Shown here piece after piece: positions 18,254 to 26,087 of a stretch of 32,000 nucleotides of DNA; the stretch's first letter is position 1; each line of letters starts with the position of its first letter. Made by a program: the position numbers and the translations under genes. The DNA lies in assembly GCF_000018105.1 (NCBI RefSeq), contig NC_009925.1:2250001-2282000 (forward strand), read 5' to 3'. The notes beneath the pieces were generated by a model that saw only the letters and a program-made list of their open reading frames with translations, did no database searches and was not told where the DNA came from. The stretch is from Acaryochloris marina MBIC11017. GTDB lineage: Bacteria; Cyanobacteriota; Cyanobacteriia; Thermosynechococcales; Thermosynechococcaceae.

Positions 18254-19363
18254 GTGAAAAGTAGAGATAAAGTGCAGGTCACCAGTGATAGGGGGATGCT
18301 AAGACTCCGGTGGACATATATAGATAAACGTCAGAGCCTCAACCTTGGATTAGAAAATACCCGGATTAATAGGACTTATGCCAATGGCATTGCTAGGCAA
18401 ATAGCAGAAGATATTAGATGTGGTGAATACGATGTCACCAAAAATAAGTACAGGCCCAAGCTGATTGGTAATTCTGGCTTAAACTGCTCAGAGTTATTTG
18501 ATAAGTTCACAACCTACAAACAACACGATTTAGGCATCTCCCCTCGATCTGTTGAAACAAGATATATTCCGTTATCCAGGGCTTTAAACAAATGGTTAGA
18601 TATGCCTGCTCATGAGGTCACTAAAGATCATGCTAGGCACTTCATGAGTATCCAAAGTGAGCATGTCACCGCTGACACTGCTAAAGCCAGAATTGGATTA
18701 TTGGGAAGCTGTTGGAAGTGGGCCATACAAGAAGAACTATTAGCCACAGATAATCCTTGGGTTGGCTTGAGAGTAGCTCTTAAACCTCAACCAACTCAAC
18801 GAGTGAAACCCTTCAATCGAGAAGAAATCAAGGCTATCTTGTCCGAGTTTAGGAATAATCGCTATTACTCACATTATTCAGACTTTGTGATTTTCCTATT
18901 TGGTGTAGGTTGTCGGTTTGGAGAAGCAGCAGGATTACTGTGGAAGCATATTGCAGATGATTTCCAAACAGTCTGGATAGGAGAAAGCGTTTCTAGAGGC
19001 TATCGGAAAAGCACTAAGACTGGAAAGGCGAGGACGATAGTGCTATCCCCAAACGTACAATCGATGCTTAAAGCGCGATACGAAAGGCTGAAGCCTAATC
19101 TCGAAGATTTAGTTTTCCCTAGTCCACAAGGGTTACCAATATGCGATCGCAGTTTTAGAAGACGGGCGTGGAAAACAGTTCTAATTAAATGTGGCATTGA
19201 ATATCGAAAACCCTATGCAATAAGGCATTCCGCAGTTAGCCATGCACTAGCTAGTGGTGCTGATCCAATCAGTGTTGCTGAGCAAAGTGGGCACGATAAG
19301 AGAGTAATGCTGGAAAGCTATGCCCATGTCATTCAACCCCAGAGCGTTTTTATAGAGTTTTAG
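18254..19363 (+). CDS. Tyrosine-type site-specific integrase (phage integrase family)
   Basis: 369 aa, GTG start. N-terminal arm-binding-like VQVTSDRGMLRLRWTY. Catalytic signature: RFGEAAGLLW (R), AIRHSAVS (HxxR), GHDKRVMLESYAH (H...Y). Confidence 0.9.
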   Translation: MKSRDKVQVTSDRGMLRLRWTYIDKRQSLNLGLENTRINRTYANGIARQIAEDIRCGEYDVTKNKYRPKLIGNSGLNCSELFDKFTTYKQHDLGISPRSVETRYIPLSRALNKWLDMPAHEVTKDHARHFMSIQSEHVTADTAKARIGLLGSCWKWAIQEELLATDNPWVGLRVALKPQPTQRVKPFNREEIKAILSEFRNNRYYSHYSDFVIFLFGVGCRFGEAAGLLWKHIADDFQTVWIGESVSRGYRKSTKTGKARTIVLSPNVQSMLKARYERLKPNLEDLVFPSPQGLPICDRSFRRRAWKTVLIKCGIEYRKPYAIRHSAVSHALASGADPISVAEQSGHDKRVMLESYAHVIQPQSVFIEF

Positions 19364-19365
19364 TA

Positions 19366-20151
19366 ATGGAAAGTGAATTAGAAAATATTATTTGCCAGAG
19401 GATCCCCTATAAGGGTTGGATGGCGATTAACTACATGGGTGTCACATTAGAGCCTGCGATAATTAATAACATAATTGAATGTGATTTATACCTATCTTTA
19501 TGGCTTCGACATAAGGTTCTTGGTGAAAGAAAGGATCATAGTCTTGCGAGTGACACAGGGGGGGAGTATTGTTGCGATTTTTGGTATGCTCGCCTCAATC
19601 TAATTCTGGAGTTATATAAACGATCCGATGTAATCCAAAAGGGTGAATTAGCAGACCTATTTGTTTCTTGGAGTCCATACCTACTTTGGTGGACGTGCCT
19701 TTGTGAAAGTGCAATACGTGAAATTGAGAGAATTGTTTGTGAATTACCTATAAGAAAGGATTCTTTCCTCAAGTTTCACACTCAGAACTCTCCCGAAGAT
19801 CAGGAAGCGAATCCACCGCATGATGGCATAATCCCTGGGCGACTTCCCCAGTTGTCATCATACGAGTGCCCTGATATAGAAATCCAATTAGGTTTGGTAT
19901 CTCAAAATCATAACCCTAAAGAGAATGAGATGCTTTTATTCACTTTGATTGAGAAAGAAGCCAAAATTATTAGCGATAAAGATACTTCTTTCCAACCACA
20001 CTTCGATAACTATATAAGGGAAGATCGAAAGCTAATTTACCGGATGAATCGAGATCCCAAATTCTCATTCCTGAATGTTCGAGAAGGAAAGATATTGGAA
20101 AGCAAGAGAGGCAGACCCAGGCACCCAAAAGGGTTCGGAAACAGAAAATAG
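19366..20151 (+). CDS. Hypothetical island protein with a C-terminal AT-hook-like KRGRPRHPKG
   Basis: 261-aa ORF starting 2 nt after the integrase stop. No family recognised. Confidence 0.55.
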   Translation: MESELENIICQRIPYKGWMAINYMGVTLEPAIINNIIECDLYLSLWLRHKVLGERKDHSLASDTGGEYCCDFWYARLNLILELYKRSDVIQKGELADLFVSWSPYLLWWTCLCESAIREIERIVCELPIRKDSFLKFHTQNSPEDQEANPPHDGIIPGRLPQLSSYECPDIEIQLGLVSQNHNPKENEMLLFTLIEKEAKIISDKDTSFQPHFDNYIREDRKLIYRMNRDPKFSFLNVREGKILESKRGRPRHPKGFGNRK

Positions 20152-20351
20152 AATGTAACAATTTTGTGATATTAGAGCAGTTAATTCTGTATTTCGTTTG
20201 ACTACGAAAAGTCCGATTAGGTTTGTTATAGCCTTTAAGTCTTGCTATGGACCAAAAGGATTACAGCAAAAAAAATTAATCCGGTAGTACCTTCTCGTCA
20301 AAGTTGATCACTACCGGACTGATTAACAATCTAAATCATGGACGATTTATC

Positions 20352-20630
20352 ATGTTTACCCATCAGCATAAAGCTATTTTCCCATTCGTTGATACAAGAA
20401 CCTTACGTACCCACTTCCAATTGGGGAAGTTTTGTGAATCAAGGTTACGTGAGCAATTGCCCAGTCCTATTTATTGGATTCAGCCAGAACGAAAAGTTTT
20501 ATGGAACATCCGTCTGGTGCAGGACTATTTACTAAATGGTGATGGGCCTAGCCACCAGAGGTTGGTTGAAGAGTATCTATCAACCCTTGAGCCTCAAATT
20601 GACAATTTCAGCAACCAATATGCGGCTTAG
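20352..20630 (+). CDS. Small DNA-binding protein, possibly AlpA/excisionase-like
   Basis: ORF 20304..20630; I prefer ATG 20352 (MFTHQH...). LPSPIYWIQPERKVLWNIRLVQDYLL resembles the FP.P...G.R...W....V..WL tail of AlpA/MerR-type excisionases. Weak functional call. Confidence 0.4.
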   Translation: MFTHQHKAIFPFVDTRTLRTHFQLGKFCESRLREQLPSPIYWIQPERKVLWNIRLVQDYLLNGDGPSHQRLVEEYLSTLEPQIDNFSNQYAA

Positions 20631-20633
20631 GAG

Positions 20634-22202
20634 GTGAATAAAGTGAATTCTTCAACAAATAATCCACAAAATTTTTCTAGCATACTTGATGTTGCGATAG
20701 GGTATCTAGACTTAGGTTCGTCACCTCTACCAGTGGCACCAAAACAGCCTAATTCCAATTTTAATGGGAAAAATCCAAGCTATTTAGATGAACAAGGTAA
20801 GGCTTATCTAATTAGTAGCAAGCAATATCAGAATAAGCAACCAACTCGTACAGAGATAGATCTATGGTTTGCTAACCCTGAAAATGGCATTGGAATCCTT
20901 GGTAATAATCACTTGCATATAGTTGATGTCGATACCAAGCATTTCGATAGTAAGGAAGTATGTGAGCAAGTCGTTAATAAATGGCTGGATAAGCATTCTC
21001 AACTGCATGATGCTCAGGTAGAAAGAACTCTTAGTGATGGCTTCCACATATATGTAGAGTTTGCAGAGCCACCAGGGTTTACACGCTTTGCTTTTAGTGA
21101 GGGTGGATCACACGTAGGGGAGATCCAAGGGCCAAATCAGTTCACTGTCGTGGCACCCACTGTTGGTTACCAGGTAGTACAGAAAGGTAGATTCGCCCCT
21201 GTCATCGATGCTGAGTCTATTGGGCTGTACTCAATCAAGAAGGCTAAGAAAGCTAAAGCAAGCAGGTCTGATCAAGTCCAGAAAACAGTAAGAATCAAGC
21301 CAGAAAATAGTGATGCTTTATCCCTGCTGGAATTATCCACAAGGGGGGTCCAGGCAATATACCAAAGTCAACCTGAGTCTGATGATAGGAGTAAAGACAT
21401 CACCAAAGTTGCTAACGAGCTTTATGGTTGGGCAAATTGGTGTGAAGCAAATAACCTGGCTTATGATCCAGAGCCTCGAACTCTCCTTGTGGATCTTGCA
21501 TCTAACTTGGACATTGATGAGGACAGATTAGACAGAATCATTGATTCCATAGACATTGATGACTGTCAACCAGCTTGTGTATATGAAGGGGGAGATGAGG
21601 CAGCTTGGAAGAAGATCAAGAAGCTATCAGTAGATGTGGAACTAGAGGAAGTTACCACAAAAATATTGATAGACAGCACAATCATAAAGCCTCCCCAACT
21701 CTTTCATAAATCGTTATATGGCCCACTCAGTGATCTTGCATCAAATCTTGAGTTACCAGTAGAAGCTTTTCTTGTTTGTATTCTTCCTATCCTGGCTTCA
21801 AGGCTTAAGGCTGAGACAAGGCTAATAATCGATCCAGGAACTGGCTACCATGTACCGCCAATCATTTGGGCTGGTTTAGTAGGTGAATCAGGAACCATGA
21901 AAAGCCCCATTCTTAAGCTCCTCACTAGACCTTTGTCGAGGTTGCAACAAGAAGTCCACGAGAGCTATCAACTGGAAGTCTCTGAGTATGAAAAGGATTT
22001 GCAACGGTTTCAGTCTCGGTCCAAAAAACTACCTATCACCCCAGAAAAACCTAAGCATCCCAACATGAGAGATTTATTTTTCTCTGACTTTACGATTGAG
22101 GCCATTGCCGATTCCATCTGTCATCATCCATCAGAAGGCTATCTAATCCATATAGATGAGTTGGCTGGATTCTTTAAATCGATGGATGCCTATCGTAATT
22201 GA
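20634..22202 (+). CDS. Prim-Pol (bifunctional primase/polymerase) N-terminal domain plus the start of a DUF3987/YfjI-like helicase domain; ends at an in-frame TGA
   Basis: Prim-Pol motifs HIVDVDTKH (DxD) and SDGFHIYVEF. Later P-loop-like GLVGESGTMKSP. The same frame continues open after TGA 22200-22202. Confidence 0.75.
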   Translation: MNKVNSSTNNPQNFSSILDVAIGYLDLGSSPLPVAPKQPNSNFNGKNPSYLDEQGKAYLISSKQYQNKQPTRTEIDLWFANPENGIGILGNNHLHIVDVDTKHFDSKEVCEQVVNKWLDKHSQLHDAQVERTLSDGFHIYVEFAEPPGFTRFAFSEGGSHVGEIQGPNQFTVVAPTVGYQVVQKGRFAPVIDAESIGLYSIKKAKKAKASRSDQVQKTVRIKPENSDALSLLELSTRGVQAIYQSQPESDDRSKDITKVANELYGWANWCEANNLAYDPEPRTLLVDLASNLDIDEDRLDRIIDSIDIDDCQPACVYEGGDEAAWKKIKKLSVDVELEEVTTKILIDSTIIKPPQLFHKSLYGPLSDLASNLELPVEAFLVCILPILASRLKAETRLIIDPGTGYHVPPIIWAGLVGESGTMKSPILKLLTRPLSRLQQEVHESYQLEVSEYEKDLQRFQSRSKKLPITPEKPKHPNMRDLFFSDFTIEAIADSICHHPSEGYLIHIDELAGFFKSMDAYRN

Positions 22203-22310
22203 AAAGGGGCTGATAGGCAGAGGTGGTTAACTTTTTATGGTGGGGACTCTCTCAAAGTTAATCGAAAATCTTCTGAGCCGATCTATATCCCTAAAACCTC
22301 AATCAGTTTA

Positions 22311-23219
22311 TTGGGAAGTATTCAGCCTTCAGTGTTAGGGAAATTGGTATTAGATGATCCCACATCGGAAGATGGCCTCTGGCCCAGATTCCTGTGGTTT
22401 CGTCTGCCAATAACAACTCCACCAGGAATCTCAGATAGGCCGAAGCTTGATTTAATGCCCTTACTGAAAGGTGTTTACTGTGGCCTAAATGAGCTTGATG
22501 CCCAAGAGCACCGACTTTCAAGGGGAGCAATAGGGGTATGGAATCAGTGGAATCATGAGATAGGCCAGCTTATCCAACAAGAACCATCCAATATTCTCAG
22601 AGCTATATATCCAAAGTTCAAGGAGATTGCAGGCCGAATTGCCCTCATTGTTCACACCACAAATTGGGTATTAGACCAGTTAACTCTCACAGAGGGTTCA
22701 TCTACTTTTGAGGAGTCCATTATCCCTGGAATCCGGCCAATAGAGAGTGAGATCTCTGCAGAAACACTCACTGATGCTATTCAATTCACCAAATGGCTCA
22801 TGGGTCAAACTAGAAGCCTCTACTGTGAACTTGGATTATCAGACAAGGAATCATCCAGAGTTGTCAGATGCATCAATCGTTTTAGGGGATGTGGATGGAT
22901 TAAGGCTAGAACCATTACTCAATGGTGGGGGTCTACATCAAGACCTAAGGTTCAACAGGCACGAGAGTTTATGAGTCAAATTGTTGCACTGGGATATGCC
23001 ATTGATAATGGTAAGTCAGTGAATGATTCCAAATACCAAATCAAAATCACCGTACCTACAAGCCAATCCACACTTAATGCAGTAGGTGGTAAAAGTGTTG
23101 GTACGAGTTGGGAAGAAGTTGGCCACCATCCCAACAGGCTTAAAGCCATAGAGGAAAGTAGTTCCAGGGATTCTGTTGGTAATGTTGGCACATTTCTAGA
23201 ACAGAAGGTCAACAGATAG
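22311..23219 (+). CDS. C-terminal part of the DUF3987-like primase-helicase (same frame as 20634..22202)
   Basis: The frame is open from 22203 (KGADRQRWLTFYGGDSLKVNRKSSEPIYIPKTSISLLGSIQP...). It has no convincing start of its own. 22311-20634 is divisible by 3. Confidence 0.65.
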   Translation: MGSIQPSVLGKLVLDDPTSEDGLWPRFLWFRLPITTPPGISDRPKLDLMPLLKGVYCGLNELDAQEHRLSRGAIGVWNQWNHEIGQLIQQEPSNILRAIYPKFKEIAGRIALIVHTTNWVLDQLTLTEGSSTFEESIIPGIRPIESEISAETLTDAIQFTKWLMGQTRSLYCELGLSDKESSRVVRCINRFRGCGWIKARTITQWWGSTSRPKVQQAREFMSQIVALGYAIDNGKSVNDSKYQIKITVPTSQSTLNAVGGKSVGTSWEEVGHHPNRLKAIEESSSRDSVGNVGTFLEQKVNR

Positions 23220-23276
23220 TCTACATACCGTGGTCAGAATTTCCTGCTCACTACTACGGTCTTAGGGAGGTGTGTG

Positions 23277-23864
23277 ATGACGACCTCTAAACCATTTCTC
23301 AACCACATAACCACTGTGGGGGAGACTGATTACCCTACTGTAAGTTTTGAAGATGATCTCATAAGACTTAAGTATCCTGATGGCTCCACAAAATGTATAC
23401 CTAGTTTTGCATTCAAGAGCTGGTATCTAACTCTTCCCCCCTATGACTTCTCTGATTCCACTGAAAGTTTGGGTGCTATTGCATTAGGACCTGCAGGGAA
23501 AGGGGCAATTATCACCGATGTGGACGATTCTTGGGTTACTGTCAGATACCCCAATGGCACATCTAGGAAGCTATCAAGGAGAGGTTTCATAGAGTGCCAG
23601 AGAATCAAATCCACTACATTTAAGGTGGGTGATTGGGTTCTAGCTATGCTTAAGGACCTGACCTGGGTAACAGTTCAAATACTTAGCCTAGACACCCCCA
23701 CAAAGGTTATAGAAGGTGAATCCTATACCTATATTCAGGGTTGTGGGTTCAGAGCCAAAATACTAAGTAAGCCTAAGTCTATATGGAGTATTCAAATTCC
23801 CGTTCAGATTATGTGGCCTCGTAAACCACCTAATATGCAAGGGCTTGATTACTCTCTTACTTAG
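23277..23864 (+). CDS. Hypothetical island protein with internally repeated DD....YP[DN]G[ST] modules
   Basis: GGGAGG lies 6 nt upstream of ATG 23277. Repeats: FEDDLIRLKYPDGSTK and VDDSWVTVRYPNGTSR. Confidence 0.6.
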   Translation: MTTSKPFLNHITTVGETDYPTVSFEDDLIRLKYPDGSTKCIPSFAFKSWYLTLPPYDFSDSTESLGAIALGPAGKGAIITDVDDSWVTVRYPNGTSRKLSRRGFIECQRIKSTTFKVGDWVLAMLKDLTWVTVQILSLDTPTKVIEGESYTYIQGCGFRAKILSKPKSIWSIQIPVQIMWPRKPPNMQGLDYSLT

Positions 23865-23868
23865 AATG

Positions 23869-24064
23869 TGCCAACAATACCAACAAAAAACTTGAAAGTA
23901 CTGCCAGATAAAGGTTTAACCCTGTTGGCAAGCAATTCAACAACTACCCAACAGGTACCAACAAATTCTTCTTCGGATTAATTGTTGGTATTTGTTGGCA
24001 TCTATACCAACACACCAAAGTCAGTAAGAGAAATGGTCTCAGCGTTTTGTTGGCAATGTTGGTA
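23869..24064. repeat. Iteron cluster: nine perfect copies of the octamer TGTTGGYA in both orientations (putative island origin)
   Basis: Forward copies at 23923, 23983, 23993, 24048 and 24057. Reverse copies (TRCCAACA) at 23869, 23878, 23956 and 24005. An AT-rich tract follows (24070-24190). Confidence 0.6.
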
Positions 24065-24256
24065 TGTTTTCCAGGATCTAATAAAACAATCTTAATAATT
24101 AAACATACGCAAACAAGAAAATATTTGAGCTGGAATTTTCATATATACTCATTTCATTAAATCAATTTGAGTATTTATTATCCTAAACACGCTAGTCCAA
24201 AACTACGCACTTTCAGTGCGAGACTTTAGTTGCTACACATCTCCAATGCAGGATAA

Positions 24257-24604
24257 AGAAGTAGTATCAAGAAGTCTATAGTCGAGAATCATCTGGGAAA
24301 TTATGCTGTCACCCGCTTAACTATATTAAAAGGGATGGTCAGTAAAGATCATGATCATACGCTAATTGAATATCCCCCATCGAAATCGATCAGTGACATA
24401 GCCAAGCGGTTGAAAGGGTTCACATCAAGGCGACTTCAGCAAGAGTATCGAGAGTTAGAGCGGCGATATTGGGATAAATATCTGTGGGCCTTAGGTTATG
24501 GAGCCTGGAGTACAGGTAATATCAGTGAACAGATGGTGGAGGAATATTTGGAGCATCACCGTCTCGTGTCTAATAACGATATAAATACGTTCATGCTGGA
24601 GTGA
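24257..24604 (+). pseudogene. 5'-truncated IS200/IS605-family TnpA (Y1 HUH transposase) remnant
   Basis: ...YAVTRLTILKGMVSKDHDHTLIEYPPSKSISDIAKRLKGFTSRRLQQEYRELERRYWDKYLWALGYGAWSTGNISEQMVEEYLEHH matches the C-terminal ~2/3 of TnpA. The HUH motif is degenerate (HDH) and the N-terminal ~35 aa are missing. Flanking hairpins at 24206-24220 and 24657-24671. Confidence 0.65.
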
Positions 24605-24728
24605 ATCAAGACTTTAGTCCTGAGAAGAATCGGACATTAAGTCCATCAATGACCTCTGTGCTTTCAGTACAAATTCGTTAAGTTTTTCTAGATTAGTTGT
24701 TTAAATTTCTCACTACTAGAATGGTGAA

Positions 24729-25202
24729 CTATTTTGAATATTTACCAACTACTATTCCAATAAAACCTCCAGCTAACGAAATAGATAATTTTTCACATAA
24801 ATCTATGAAGTTTTTTTCATTATATGCCAAAGGCTCTTTAAAGTAATAAGCAGACCACCAGGCACCCACAAATGCAGCTATCATCAAAAGAGCACAAACT
24901 ACAAGCATTACTTGATAACTTGGACTTAAATTAATAGCTGTTGGATTTAGTATCTTATCTTGAAGAAGTTCAACTTGCTTTTCAAGTGTCTCAACCTGGC
25001 CCTTTAGATGTTCTATAAACTCTTTATCCGTTCCTTCATGCACATGAAAACTATCTACTACTTTCGTAGTAAGACTTTTATCATTATTCGCTGGATACCT
25101 AAGAAAACTTTTTGGCTTTAGGGGATTATTAAAAGATAAGATAATTATTTTAAGGAGGTCTAAAAATATAAATAATCTAGTAGTCTTTTTAGTTCTAATC
25201 AT
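24729..25202 (-). CDS. Coiled-coil protein with two C-terminal TM helices (cargo cassette gene D)
   Basis: 157 aa. Heptad-like EFIEHLKGQVETLEKQVELLQDKIL. TM segments YQVMLVVCALLMIAAFVGAWWSAYYF and LSISLAGGFIGIVVG. Very AT-rich. Confidence 0.55.
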   Translation of the reverse strand: MIRTKKTTRLFIFLDLLKIIILSFNNPLKPKSFLRYPANNDKSLTTKVVDSFHVHEGTDKEFIEHLKGQVETLEKQVELLQDKILNPTAINLSPSYQVMLVVCALLMIAAFVGAWWSAYYFKEPLAYNEKNFIDLCEKLSISLAGGFIGIVVGKYSK

Positions 25203-25666
25203 ACTTTAGTGGGAGTTGATTAACTAAGTCCAGCTCACATGCCCCTGAAAAGTCACAAAGAATTTATACAGAATTTTATATGTTTAGGTTTTTTATTCTC
25301 TTGAAATAAATTCTTTATTTATATCTGTGCTCATAAAGTTTTTATAGCAATTACCAAATTATATATATTGAAGTTTATATGTGTATATTTCAGTCGAAAA
25401 GTGAATTTTCGTAGTTAACTTTGTCTACCTTTGAGGTCAACATAAGTTTATTACAAAGAGTTTACTCAACGAAGTCAATAGAGGCTTAAAAATCACGTAA
25501 ATATGCAGAATCCCAACATTATATACACAAGATAGTATGGAGTCAAAACGTTTGAAACACAGAAAATTGTTATTTAGCCTTACATATGTAGGTACGAACC
25601 CTAATTCACATTTTGCTCATGAAGAAGAGTTCATAAGTAGCGGTTTTGAATGCTGATCAACTGATG

Positions 25667-26080
25667 TTAATGGGTAAGAAAATATTCTTCTCCATTAAAA
25701 CACGCCTCTAACTCATCTAAAATATCTCTACCTATCAATGCGATTTCTCTACTCCAAGCTAAAACAGACCTATTTGGAAGAATAATTCCATCCAACCTAA
25801 TCGATAGGGAATATGGATCATAAAAACCATGCCCTCCTACACCATAACTTATAACCGCAGGACCAATAAGAGGTGCATTCAACTCGAGTATTAGATCTTT
25901 AGGTATAAATGTTATAGGTGAACCAGTATCCAAAAGGCCATAGCAAGAAGAATCTTCGCCGAAAACAAATTCTTCTTGATAAGGTAGAGAAAGTGCAATT
26001 CTTGCAAAAGGTCCGCTCCTCACCGTATTACTATCAGAATCATGAGAATTAATATAGGGAGGAGTGATGTATTGTGGCAC
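25667..26080 (-). CDS. Retropepsin-like (clan AA) aspartic protease (cargo cassette gene C)
   Basis: 137 aa, the size of one retropepsin monomer. Active-site LLDTGSPITFIP and the flap-distal ALIGRDILDEL (compare the retroviral DTG and GRD/N motifs). Its start lies 7 nt after the stop of the upstream gene. Confidence 0.6.
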   Translation of the reverse strand: MPQYITPPYINSHDSDSNTVRSGPFARIALSLPYQEEFVFGEDSSCYGLLDTGSPITFIPKDLILELNAPLIGPAVISYGVGGHGFYDPYSLSIRLDGIILPNRSVLAWSREIALIGRDILDELEACFNGEEYFLTH

Positions 26081-26087
26081 TTATTAG

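Noticed and set aside
22200-22202. TGA as a selenocysteine codon
   Set aside because: I saw no obvious stem-loop immediately downstream. The residue position is not a known redox site, and a second unrelated gene shows the same kind of interruption. A nonsense mutation or sequencing error is more parsimonious.
23869-24064. The octamer array as a CRISPR array
   Set aside because: The repeats are only 8 bp, occur in both orientations, and have irregular short spacing. No CRISPR-like repeat-spacer periodicity exists anywhere in the window.
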